From positions 55,843 through 119,842 of the forward strand of contig CAYVNN010000002.1 in NCBI GenBank assembly GCA_964453185.1: a stretch of DNA of 64,000 bases, written 5' to 3'. Positions 17,775 to 27,418 of the stretch are shown one piece after another; positions within the stretch are counted from its first letter, which is position 1, and every line of letters begins with the position of its first letter. The notes beneath the pieces were generated by a model. The model was given only the letters and a program-made list of their open reading frames with translations, ran no database searches and was not told where the DNA came from. A program made the translations under genes and the position numbers. Source of the stretch: an uncultured Methanosarcinales archaeon (GTDB lineage Archaea; Nanobdellota; Nanobdellia; Woesearchaeales; DSVV01).

Positions 17775-19112
17775 TCATATCGTAGCAGGTATAAACTTAC
17801 ATATTTCTGAAACACCTGTTCCCTGGATTGTCTTTCCATATATATTCAATGTTTTCAGTGTATCCATTGAAAAAGATCCACCATAAGGACATGAATCAGA
17901 TGGTAATGCACTTAATCCACAATATGGAACTGAATAAGTTGAATCACTATAACCATGAATTTCATAATTAACCAAGTCTCCTTTATTATAATTAATCTGA
18001 TGAACATTTTCACCTGCCCCACAAATATACATATTTCCATCAATATATATACAAATACAACCTTTCCATTTATTTAAATTAGCATCACTACAAGGACAAC
18101 CAGTCCCATAACCACCATCACTACTGCCGCCATCATTCGGATCATCAGTATAAACTGGACTTGATGCTTCATATCTTTCATCATCAAAAACACTTGTTAA
18201 TTCTCCACCAGCTTTATAGACACTAACCTCATGTTGAATTGTTTCAGAATATCCATACTCTAATTTAACTAAAACAGGAGTTTGATAAGCTGATTCTTCT
18301 CTCAATGTAAACTTACATTGAATAACTCCAACACCATTCACTAATTTAACTAAATTATCACCAGGGGTACATTGTGCATCCCCCAATCCTGTAATTTCCA
18401 TACTAACTTTTACATAATTCAAATCATCTTGATCAAAACTATACGGACAATTTTCAAATGCAGTTAAATCCTCTGGCTTGTAAACAATACCATTACCTTT
18501 ATTTTCAATTGTCATGATTAAATTAACTTCATTTCTTAATAATTCTGTTTGCACATTAGTAACTGCAACTGGTGCACCTTGTGAAGATAAATAAACAGGT
18601 TCAGTAGTACAAACTTCTCTCTGTTCATAATCACTATAATCATAAATCAAACAAACAACAGGATTAGCAATAGTTTCATAATTATAACATGTACTAAGTT
18701 GTATTGTTGCATCATAACTTTCTCCTAACTGAACTTCTAATGTTCCGGTCTCTTCAACCTCAACAAACTCAGAACTTCCTTCAGGTAAAAAAGGATCAAT
18801 ACCTTCTAACTCTGGCAAATGAATTTCTTCATCTTTAATTTTAATAACTTCTCTATCAAAACCAGATAATAATATCTTACCTTTTGCATCATCAAATGCC
18901 CCTTTATTACTTATCTCAATTTCTAAATTTAAATAATCATTATCATAAAATAATTCTTGTGTTGTTGCAAACTCTACCTCAATTCCATCTGTTCCAGAAC
19001 GATAATCTTCATCACCATAACCACTATTACTAAAAACACAACCTGTAGAAAATAAAACTACAATAATTAAAACAACATAAACACTTTTTCTAAACAAATT
19101 ATTTATTTTCAT
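17775..19112 (-). CDS. secreted lipoprotein (paralog 2 of 3)
   Basis: Signal peptide with an STGC lipobox-like motif. Shares SQGAPVAVT and LEYGYSETIQHEV blocks with the neighbouring genes. Confidence 0.5.
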   Translation of the reverse strand: MKINNLFRKSVYVVLIIVVLFSTGCVFSNSGYGDEDYRSGTDGIEVEFATTQELFYDNDYLNLEIEISNKGAFDDAKGKILLSGFDREVIKIKDEEIHLPELEGIDPFLPEGSSEFVEVEETGTLEVQLGESYDATIQLSTCYNYETIANPVVCLIYDYSDYEQREVCTTEPVYLSSQGAPVAVTNVQTELLRNEVNLIMTIENKGNGIVYKPEDLTAFENCPYSFDQDDLNYVKVSMEITGLGDAQCTPGDNLVKLVNGVGVIQCKFTLREESAYQTPVLVKLEYGYSETIQHEVSVYKAGGELTSVFDDERYEASSPVYTDDPNDGGSSDGGYGTGCPCSDANLNKWKGCICIYIDGNMYICGAGENVHQINYNKGDLVNYEIHGYSDSTYSVPYCGLSALPSDSCPYGGSFSMDTLKTLNIYGKTIQGTGVSEICKFIPATI

Positions 19113-19113
19113 T

Positions 19114-20385
19114 TTAATTTACATATGACTTCTCAATAACTATTTCTTTTGATATTGAATGCATATATCCATAATCAAATTCCATATAAAGTTGTGTTGA
19201 ATATGATGCTTGATCTTTTTTAATTACACCTTCTTTAACAGTACATCTTATTTTCCCTTCACCATCTGAATCTAACCTAATTGGACTTGATGTACACTCA
19301 ATTGTATCAGGATCATTATCCAATACAAACTCTTTATGAGATGTTGTATTGTATCCATTAAATCTATAGATTATATTTTCATTTGATAAAACTAATTTAT
19401 TCATAACTACCATATCATAATCATATCTATCTAAACCAATAGCTGAACATGCATCTGATGTTTTCTCACTATTAATTATACTTCCTTCTTCCATATTTTT
19501 CACAGTAATAACAAACTGTGGTCTGATATATTCTGTTCCATCTGAATCAGTGAATGGAATAATATTTGTTTCAATCTTTGTTATAGCCAGAGGAGCTCCT
19601 TGACTATTTAACATAATGTCTTCTGTATCACAAACAGGATCAAAAACAGATAAATGTCCAATATCAGTATCAAGACATACTTCTTGTTCCAATTGTGTAC
19701 TATAAGCATAACAAGCTGACGCAATAATTGCTGATTCATGTTTTTCACTTAATTGTCCAGGAGATTTTGCTCTTGCTTTGAATGTTATCATATCAACTCC
19801 ACCAGATGGATTATAAATGGATCTGGGTTCTAACATTAATACTTGTGTTTTCTCAGAGATTGTACCAGATAATAATTTCATTTTTTCCTTTTGAAAAGAA
19901 TTATAAATCCCTTCCAAATATTCCACCCCTTCAAACAATTCTTGTCTTTTATCTGAATCAGTTGTTGTTTCATACTCTTCCATTAATTCATTTATTTCTA
20001 ATTCAATTTCATTTAAATTAGAAGTAATTTGTGTTAATAAACTCAATGTCCCGGCATCATAACTTCCAACATCATCAATATCAAAACAATCATCATTATC
20101 ATCTAAGATACACATAAAATCCTCTTCAATACTTAATGATAAATAACCTGTTAAAAAGTATGCCCCAGCATTGTTAACATCAATTGAAATATCAAACTCA
20201 GTTCCTTCTAAAACTTCATCTGGCGGAACATTTTCAAAGAATTCCATTTCTAAAGAATCTGTCCCTTGAAAATATTCAGCATTTGAAATAATATAACCAT
20301 CTGTTGAACCAAACCCACCTGTACAACCAGTTATAACTAATAAAACCATTACAAACAATAATCCAAAAACAATTTCTTTTTTCAT
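19114..20385 (-). CDS. secreted lipoprotein (paralog 3 of 3)
   Basis: Signal peptide with ITGC. Shares SQGAPLAIT and EFDYGYMHSISKE blocks. Confidence 0.5.
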   Translation of the reverse strand: MKKEIVFGLLFVMVLLVITGCTGGFGSTDGYIISNAEYFQGTDSLEMEFFENVPPDEVLEGTEFDISIDVNNAGAYFLTGYLSLSIEEDFMCILDDNDDCFDIDDVGSYDAGTLSLLTQITSNLNEIELEINELMEEYETTTDSDKRQELFEGVEYLEGIYNSFQKEKMKLLSGTISEKTQVLMLEPRSIYNPSGGVDMITFKARAKSPGQLSEKHESAIIASACYAYSTQLEQEVCLDTDIGHLSVFDPVCDTEDIMLNSQGAPLAITKIETNIIPFTDSDGTEYIRPQFVITVKNMEEGSIINSEKTSDACSAIGLDRYDYDMVVMNKLVLSNENIIYRFNGYNTTSHKEFVLDNDPDTIECTSSPIRLDSDGEGKIRCTVKEGVIKKDQASYSTQLYMEFDYGYMHSISKEIVIEKSYVN

Positions 20386-20394
20386 TCTTTTACC

Positions 20395-23300
20395 TTACGA
20401 AGCCATTGAAGCAAACTGACCCAATGGTACATACTCAAATTGTACCTTTGTGTAATCAGGTAAAACAGTTCCTTCAACAGTATCTCTTTTTCTGACGTAA
20501 AATCCTTGTGAATCTTTTTCATCACACTGTCCCATTACATCATCATCTTCCCATTCAATTGTACAAAATTCTTTAAAATTACCCATATAATCTTTATAAT
20601 AAAGAAATATTTCATCATCTTCATACTTGGTCCAGATAAATCCAGTCCAAACTTCAACCTCATCTGCTCCTTCAATTAAATAATCTGAATTAATAACTGA
20701 ATATGCTAATATTTCATAATTAAAACTCATTAATTTCCCATCCTCTACCACAACATAATAACTAAATGCAGGATTATTATCAATATAAATCCATCTTTCA
20801 GAATATTCTTCTGATGTTGGAATTGTTCCTTCATAAACTGTTTCTGTTTGATTATTCGTGTAAATAAAAATCTTTAATTTCTTTGAATCATCAATACTAA
20901 TTATTAATTTAGTTCCTGATGTGTCTAAATCAATTGTTTCAGAAAAATCTTTTGTTTCACCATTAATTGTAAAACTTCCTTGTACTAAAAAGTTGTCCTC
21001 ATTTGTTTCTGATTTTAATTCTCCACTTTGCACAAGATTAAGCTCTTGAACTTTTTTATAATATGTTTCAACTAACTGAACATATAATCTAACCTGTTCA
21101 TAGTCGTCGTCATACTCACACCAATACCTTTTATCCCCTATACAATCTTGACTATCACAAAATACACCAACATATTCTCCATCTCTAATTCCACAAACAC
21201 CACCATAATATGTTGCTAACAAGTATTCTCTATTTAATTCAGGATCTTCTGAATCAAAAGGAATATTTTCATTATTTAATAAATCATACATTCTCCTTAC
21301 ACCAAACCTAATGTTTGTATCTGGATCAAATAAATCATAATCAACTATTCCCAATTCTGCAGCAATAACTGCAGCATCCTCTTCTGTTATCTGCATTAAT
21401 CCATTTGTTTCACCAAGAGGAGAAGATAATCCCACTGTTGTTGGATCATTCTTAGAACCTGCTGCAATCATTGCAATAACTAATTGTGGATCCATACCAT
21501 ACCTATCAGACCACTCTGAGATACTATTTGGACTTGAAGCATAATAAATAGTATAAATATCACTAACTAATTCATCTGGTTTTCCAGTATAAGATTCTTC
21601 TGATTTTGAATATGATGTTTCCGCATAACCTGCTGCAGTATCTGACTCAATCACCTTAACAGATGTGTCTTCAACAATTTTATAATCATACCTTGCTTTA
21701 ACAAAGAAATACTTTGTAGATATTGGTGTATTTCCTAATAGCTTATGTTCATCAACAATATCTAATCTACAATTGTATGAAACAAAATCTTCAATATCTT
21801 TGTAATGATTGGTGTTTCTTGAAGTGTCTAAATAATATGCATTATATCCATCTAACTCTTCTTGACATTTTAATAATAAGCATGCTCTCATTGTATCATC
21901 TGTAACTGCACCTTCATCTTCACATGCTCTATAGAAAGCAGTTTCATATTCTACATTACTACTTACACATCTATCCTCTGTATATTCTTTAAAATTAGTA
22001 TCTGAACAAGTATCAAGATCAAGTTCCATTGAATCTGGAATTATAACAACAATCTCTTTTATCTCTTCAATCATTCCATCCCAGTTTGTGTCAGCATCTA
22101 ATGTAATTCCTAATCTTGGTTTAACCTGATATGTTGAATCAATTCCTGTTAATGCACTATCTGGACCTATACCTAATCTAATTGGACCATTTGAATATCT
22201 TGCAACAGGATCTTTATCTTCCACTTGATACTGATCTAATAAATCAACACCATCTTTTAATGCAGAATTTAATCTATCTCTACTTGTAAAATATCTTTTA
22301 ACATAACCAATTGTTTCAAAATTAAACTTTGATTCAAATGTAACAGCATGTGAACCAGGACTTAATTTATTTTGAGGAATAGTACAATCAATTTCTTCCT
22401 GCTGCATATCATAAACTTCCATTGTTGCTGGATAAACTTCACCATAAACTTTACTTGTACCTTTTCCAGCATAACATGTTGTATTAATTTGCACCATATC
22501 ATCCAATGTTCTTGCCATTAATATTGCAAACACTGTAACTCTTTCATCTTCATAGAACTTTTCCTTTGAAGCCATAACATCTTCAATATAAACACCAAGC
22601 TGTTCTTCTTCATTCTCCTCAACCTGTCCAACATAATAGGTCGATGTGAGTTGTTTCTTTCTTATTTCCCAAATATCTCCAAACCTTGAAAATGCACCCC
22701 ATGTTGATGTAAATATTTGAGAACCACCTTCAACAAACTTATCCTTTAATACTAGAAATGCATCCCATCTTTCATAATCAGCTGTATCTAATTCTAAATC
22801 AGTAAAACCATACATTTGTCCCATACCATATGAAAGTATGATAAAGACCCACCACATAATAATTAAGAATCTTGATAACCTAATATACCATAACTTTGCT
22901 TCACTTCCTCTATAAACTGCATAGTAAATCCATGTTAACATAATAAATCCATTTGCTACAAACAAACGAATAAAATCAATAGATGCAATCATACTACTTG
23001 ATGCAACCATCCATGGAACAATAACCTCTATACAAAAACATACCAACATAATACGATACGTTTTTCCATTTCTCTCACTAGGATGAAAAATAAATAAGAT
23101 AGGCACAAGAATCATCCAAAATAAATTAAGAAAAATCCTATTTTTAATAGACAACCTTGATCCAATAACAACTGCATGATAAATACAAGCAAAAACAAAG
23201 AACCAAAATATACTAGAATTAGTTCTTCTTTCATCTTCATCTGCTCCACCTTTGAACAGATTAATGATTCCTTTACCACCATAATAAAAAGGAATAGATA

Positions 23301-23739
23301 AACCACGTGTAACAGCATTATGTGTTAAGAATTTACCAAAGCCTTTTGCTCTTTGCCATAATAAACTAGTTAATTGCTTTTTTCTATCTAACTCATCCAT
23401 TCCTTTAGCATGTCTTAATGCTTGAATCTTTGCAGTTAAATCAGAAAGATTAGCTTTATTTTCATTATGAGAATCTTTAAAATCTTTCCAAGGTTGTTGA
23501 AAAGTAGGCTTTACTGCATGTTCTTTCACATGAGGTAAGCCCAAATCTTTAGCCTTAGTCCAATTAGAATGAGCCATATCTACGGCTTCTGTTTTAGCAG
23601 CACCCCATGCCTTACCTGCTCCTGACTTAGTCTTACTCCAAGCAGCACTACTTACAGCTTTAGCTCCTGACTTAGTCTTACTCCAGGCAGCACTACCTAC
23701 AGCTTTAGCTCCTGCCTTAAATCCAGCCCATGATACCAT
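20395..23739 (-). CDS. giant (about 1114 aa) multi-TM protein with a large ectodomain containing an SLT-like (lytic transglycosylase) segment
   Basis: Start at the ATG at 23739 (MVSWAGFKAG), preceded by GAGGT. The longer ORF merely translates repeat copy C. Tandem AKAV(G/S)SAAWSKTKSG repeats are followed by about 6 TM helices. The ectodomain contains IAMIAAGSKNDPTTVGLSSPLGETNGLMQI, which resembles the SLT catalytic region but has Gly where the catalytic Glu is expected. Confidence 0.5.
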   Translation of the reverse strand: MVSWAGFKAGAKAVGSAAWSKTKSGAKAVSSAAWSKTKSGAGKAWGAAKTEAVDMAHSNWTKAKDLGLPHVKEHAVKPTFQQPWKDFKDSHNENKANLSDLTAKIQALRHAKGMDELDRKKQLTSLLWQRAKGFGKFLTHNAVTRGLSIPFYYGGKGIINLFKGGADEDERRTNSSIFWFFVFACIYHAVVIGSRLSIKNRIFLNLFWMILVPILFIFHPSERNGKTYRIMLVCFCIEVIVPWMVASSSMIASIDFIRLFVANGFIMLTWIYYAVYRGSEAKLWYIRLSRFLIIMWWVFIILSYGMGQMYGFTDLELDTADYERWDAFLVLKDKFVEGGSQIFTSTWGAFSRFGDIWEIRKKQLTSTYYVGQVEENEEEQLGVYIEDVMASKEKFYEDERVTVFAILMARTLDDMVQINTTCYAGKGTSKVYGEVYPATMEVYDMQQEEIDCTIPQNKLSPGSHAVTFESKFNFETIGYVKRYFTSRDRLNSALKDGVDLLDQYQVEDKDPVARYSNGPIRLGIGPDSALTGIDSTYQVKPRLGITLDADTNWDGMIEEIKEIVVIIPDSMELDLDTCSDTNFKEYTEDRCVSSNVEYETAFYRACEDEGAVTDDTMRACLLLKCQEELDGYNAYYLDTSRNTNHYKDIEDFVSYNCRLDIVDEHKLLGNTPISTKYFFVKARYDYKIVEDTSVKVIESDTAAGYAETSYSKSEESYTGKPDELVSDIYTIYYASSPNSISEWSDRYGMDPQLVIAMIAAGSKNDPTTVGLSSPLGETNGLMQITEEDAAVIAAELGIVDYDLFDPDTNIRFGVRRMYDLLNNENIPFDSEDPELNREYLLATYYGGVCGIRDGEYVGVFCDSQDCIGDKRYWCEYDDDYEQVRLYVQLVETYYKKVQELNLVQSGELKSETNEDNFLVQGSFTINGETKDFSETIDLDTSGTKLIISIDDSKKLKIFIYTNNQTETVYEGTIPTSEEYSERWIYIDNNPAFSYYVVVEDGKLMSFNYEILAYSVINSDYLIEGADEVEVWTGFIWTKYEDDEIFLYYKDYMGNFKEFCTIEWEDDDVMGQCDEKDSQGFYVRKRDTVEGTVLPDYTKVQFEYVPLGQFASMAS

Positions 23740-23766
23740 TATTAACCTCTTTTTTACAGCTATAAT

Positions 23767-23899
23767 AATGCCACCGCCTTGACTCACTATCTACTATATA
23801 GCGAAGGCGCTAAAAGTCTTTATACGTACAGCAGTGACTTAGTAGCATGCAATGCTACTACCTTCCCTCTACACATCGTGCCAGAGTCGCCGTGGCATT
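23767..23899. repeat. structured inverted-repeat element, copy C
   Basis: AATGCCACCGCCTTGACTCACTAT ... TGCCAGAGTCGCCGTGGCATT. Inner stem GACTC/GAGTC. The internal module TATAGCGAAGGCGCTAAAAGTCTTTATACGTACAG is shared with copy G. Confidence 0.75.
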
Positions 23900-24008
23900 A
23901 TTAACCTCTTTTTTAGTTTTACAACTACCTCAACTTAAATTCTAGAACTTCTTATATATAATATTTATGCATTTATGTATATAATAATTAAAACAAAAAA
24001 AGAAAATC

Positions 24009-25724
24009 TTAATACTCTTCTATCTCAACAACCAATTTTCTAATATCTAATGTTGTTAAATCTGGTTCAATCTTTATTGAATTACTTCCTTCTTCAACAT
24101 AATCAGTTATTGTTCTCATGTAATCATCACTATAAGTATCAACATATGATTTATGTCCATTAATGTAAACATGAGCTGCTTTATGTTCTGTATCATCTGC
24201 AAAATAAAGATATAATACAACTTCATAACCTGGTTTAACCTTCATCACTTCATCATATGAATCACTTCCTGTACTTGGACATTCTGAACTATAACTTCTT
24301 CCATTGCTATAATAAGTGGATGGACAATCATCACACTCATTTTCATTCAATGAAGTTTCACAAACATTTTCTAAACCATAGATTGGAACATCATTACACC
24401 AGAAATTATCTTCGTCTTTTTCAAAACAACAATCTCTGTCATAATACTCACTACACCCAGATGGACAATAATCATCATGATCATCTCCACATCTATCCTC
24501 ACATTCCTCTGGAGCATAACCATTATCATCTTCATAACCTGACACACATCTATCACATTTTGAAGTGTCTGCTTCTGTTACTGAAGCACATCTATCATCT
24601 TCGTCGTCAGGTTCAATGTCACACCAATAATTATTACTTCCTTCGAAGCAACAATCAATATCTAAATCTTCATCACATCCAACCGGACAATAATCATCAA
24701 CATCTCCACATTCTCTTTCTATTAAAAACTGTTCATGTTTGTATTCTTCTGAGAAGTAAAACAATGTTTCTGTTAAATCAAAATAATAAACAGGATAAGT
24801 TTGTTCTTTTAACTCAGTCTCCACCATTATTTGATAAATTAAATACGTTCCTTCATCTGTTTTAAAGATAACAGAATTATCACCTGCTGAAATCACACTT
24901 GGTGAAAACTCAACAATATTAATCTGACCACAATCAGGTATTGATGAATAAATATTTTCATTATTAACATAAATCTTTAAAGCTCCAACACCTCTTGGTG
25001 TACAGTCTGGGAAAAACTTCATTTTAACACTTTCAATATTAAATTTCTCAGTATCTGTAACAGTAAATGTGTTCTTACTTGATTGTTCACTAATATCTGT
25101 AACATCTCCTGTGATCTTAATACCTGTTAATTGATACTCATTTGTTGTCCAAAAAGCAAAACCAACATCACTTACTTCAAATGTTAACAAATTTTCATAT
25201 TCAAGGTTTCTATCTGATAAATCCAAAGGATCCATTATGCCAGTGACCTCATTATCAAATATTTTTTCTCCATTTAGATAAATAGACAATCTTCCTTTTG
25301 CTCTTTCTAAATTAAATGATAATAAAATATTTTCTGTATTTTCTAAGTCATCGATTGTAAAGGTTAAATTTCTAAACAATTTATCAAAAATTCCATTCTT
25401 AATATACAACGACTCTTCTGAAAAGAGTGTTTCTGCTTCTGTTACAGTATAAAGATTAACAGCCGATAATTGATGTTCATACTCACTAAATTTAAGATAA
25501 TCAATTCTTCCAGGTGATTCTTCCATTATTGTTTCATTATAAATAACAACATCACCATAATCAGTTGACCCTGAACTTCCTCCTGATGTAGATATAGATC
25601 CTGTTTCACCTAACAAATCTTGTCTAACATCTGCTGGTAAGAATAAGATATAAAGTATAAGCATACCTGCAACCAATGCAACTAGTGTAGCTGCTCCACT
25701 TGCTGTTTGACCTTTTTTAAACAT
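24009..25724 (-). CDS. pilin-like (class III signal peptide) surface protein with two Cys-rich modules
   Basis: N-terminal MFKKGQTASGAATLVALVAGMLILYILF fits the archaeal prepilin (KG|Q) class III signal. C-terminal duplicated module CGDVDDYCPVGCDEDLDIDCCFEGSNNYWCD / CGDDHDDYCPSGCSEYYDRDCCFEKDEDNFWCND. Confidence 0.55.
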   Translation of the reverse strand: MFKKGQTASGAATLVALVAGMLILYILFLPADVRQDLLGETGSISTSGGSSGSTDYGDVVIYNETIMEESPGRIDYLKFSEYEHQLSAVNLYTVTEAETLFSEESLYIKNGIFDKLFRNLTFTIDDLENTENILLSFNLERAKGRLSIYLNGEKIFDNEVTGIMDPLDLSDRNLEYENLLTFEVSDVGFAFWTTNEYQLTGIKITGDVTDISEQSSKNTFTVTDTEKFNIESVKMKFFPDCTPRGVGALKIYVNNENIYSSIPDCGQINIVEFSPSVISAGDNSVIFKTDEGTYLIYQIMVETELKEQTYPVYYFDLTETLFYFSEEYKHEQFLIERECGDVDDYCPVGCDEDLDIDCCFEGSNNYWCDIEPDDEDDRCASVTEADTSKCDRCVSGYEDDNGYAPEECEDRCGDDHDDYCPSGCSEYYDRDCCFEKDEDNFWCNDVPIYGLENVCETSLNENECDDCPSTYYSNGRSYSSECPSTGSDSYDEVMKVKPGYEVVLYLYFADDTEHKAAHVYINGHKSYVDTYSDDYMRTITDYVEEGSNSIKIEPDLTTLDIRKLVVEIEEY

Positions 25725-26004
25725 AAAATCACCTGTTTTTTATGTGTAAATAACATCCTCAGGTCAAAACACCAACAAAAACAAACATAATGCTCGTTGC
25801 GAGGGGTTGTCCCTCCGGGAACGCAGAGCCTTAATTAACCTTAGCCTGTGTTTTGAAGATGTTATTTACATACCTTTTTTATAGATTATTAAGTATTATA
25901 ATATCTATTTTTAAATATTGATATATATAAGGTTTTCTATTTTAAGAAATGAGATAAACTACCTATCCAATATATCACAGATCCTACTAAAATAAGGATC
26001 ATCT

Positions 26005-26175
26005 GGAAATGTTCTTCTCATAGTCTTAAATCTTGACAAAAGAATCTCTCTCGTCCATAGCTTGCAAAGAACTCATAATACTCTGTACTAAGGCCGCTAA
26101 CCTCTCTGATCTAGCAAGTAATGCAGTATAAAAGGACATAAAACGCTCTTGATCAATTTCTAATTTACTTGACAT
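26005..26175 (-). CDS. possible small ORF (56 aa, MSSKLEIDQERFMSFYTALLARSERLAALVQSIMSSLQAMDERDSFVKI)
   Basis: Open frame in a region that is otherwise non-coding and relatively GC-rich; it could instead be an sRNA. Confidence 0.2.
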
Positions 26176-26265
26176 AAAAACAAGAATAAATTAGCTAATT
26201 ATATAGTTTACGCAGTTAAGTATAAACAAAATTTATATAAAAAGAGTAAATAGAGATTATTTATC

Positions 26266-27327
26266 ATGAAAATTATCCACAAAGACATAAAGAAAGGTAT
26301 TGTTAAGCTAGCTATAAACAATCTTGATGATTTATGGTATCTTAGCAATATTATAGACATGGGAGATTTAGTTAGAGGTAAGACCCAAAGAAAAATCAAA
26401 CTAGGTGGAGAAACAGATAGATCAAATAAAGTAATAACAAAAATAATTACATTATCAATTAATGTTGAAAAGATTGAATTTCATAAATATTCAAATGTAT
26501 TAAGGGTTTCTGGAAAAATTGCTGAAGGTAATGATGATGTTCCAAAAGGTAGTTATCACACAATAAATTTAGAACCAGGAACAACAATAACTATCATAAA
26601 GAACAAATGGTTAAAGTTTCAACTTGATAAATTAAATGAAGCATGTAAAGAAAAGAAAATGAAGATTTTAATCTGTACATTAGACAGAGAAAATGCATTC
26701 TTTGCACAAATGAAAAGATATGGTTATGAAATTTTAGGAGAAATAAAAGGAGATGTAAAAAAGAAAGCAGACATTAAACAAGATAAAAAGAAATCTTTTT
26801 ACACAGAAATCATTAAACAATTGAAAGATTACGACGACAGATTCAAATTAAACAAAATTGTAATTGCAAGTCCTGCTTTCTGGAAAGAATATTTAGCAAA
26901 TGAATTAAAAGGAAATGAGTTACAAAAAAAGATAGTTTATGCAACATGTAATTCAACAGGAGAAGGTGCAATCCAAGAAGTTTTAAAAAGGCCTGAAGTA
27001 ATTTCTGCAATTAAAGATGACTTAATAATTAAAGAAATTAATTTAATTGAAGAAGTAATGGGAGAAATTTCAAAAAATAATTTAGCAGCATATGGTTTTG
27101 ATGAAGTTGAAAAAGCATCAAACCTTGGAGCAATTAAAGATTTACTTGTTGCTGATTCATTAATACATAAAACAAGAGAAGAAGGTACTTATCAAAGATT
27201 AGACAATATTATGAAAACAGTAGATAATTCTAAAGGAGAAATCCACATAATTAGTTCTGAACACGAAGGCGGCCAAAGACTAAATGGTTTAGGTGGAATT
27301 GCCGCAATATTAAGGTATAAAGTATAA
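26266..27327 (+). CDS. pelA: Pelota/Dom34-like mRNA surveillance factor
   Basis: 353 aa. eRF1-like C-terminal domain ending LNGLGGIAAILRYKV; N-terminal beta-rich domain. It is shorter than aRF1 and lacks a NIKS motif. The EGGQ near the C-terminus is not in the aRF1 GGQ position. Confidence 0.65.
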   Translation: MKIIHKDIKKGIVKLAINNLDDLWYLSNIIDMGDLVRGKTQRKIKLGGETDRSNKVITKIITLSINVEKIEFHKYSNVLRVSGKIAEGNDDVPKGSYHTINLEPGTTITIIKNKWLKFQLDKLNEACKEKKMKILICTLDRENAFFAQMKRYGYEILGEIKGDVKKKADIKQDKKKSFYTEIIKQLKDYDDRFKLNKIVIASPAFWKEYLANELKGNELQKKIVYATCNSTGEGAIQEVLKRPEVISAIKDDLIIKEINLIEEVMGEISKNNLAAYGFDEVEKASNLGAIKDLLVADSLIHKTREEGTYQRLDNIMKTVDNSKGEIHIISSEHEGGQRLNGLGGIAAILRYKV

Positions 27328-27347
27328 ACATTGACATATACAATAGT

Positions 27348-27368
27348 ACCACCGCCTTGGCTCACCAT
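27348..27368. repeat. solo 5' half of the structured element (ACCACCGCCTTGGCTCACCAT), 21 nt after the pelA stop
   Basis: Matches the 5' core of copies A-G. No 3' partner within 100 nt. Confidence 0.6.
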
Positions 27369-27418
27369 TTACTTTACATACCATACTTTTATATATACTA
27401 ACTATTTACTTACTATTT

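Noticed and set aside
23740-23787. N-terminal extension MSQGGGIIIAVKKRLI of the 20395..23787 ORF (the same MSQGGGII peptide appears in track ORF 28147..28491)
   Set aside because: It is merely the reverse-complement translation of the conserved repeat core (ATAATGAGCCAAGGCGGTGGCATT). The real start is the ATG at 23739, which has an RBS.
24257-24865. 202-aa His/Asn-rich ORF on the plus strand
   Set aside because: Antisense to the Cys/Asp-rich region of gene 24009..25724; an artefact of the biased codon composition.
26266-27327. Possibility that this gene is aRF1 because of an EGGQ tetrapeptide
   Set aside because: The GGQ is 20 aa from the C-terminus rather than in a central domain 2, there is no NIKS-like motif, and the size (353 aa) fits Pelota.
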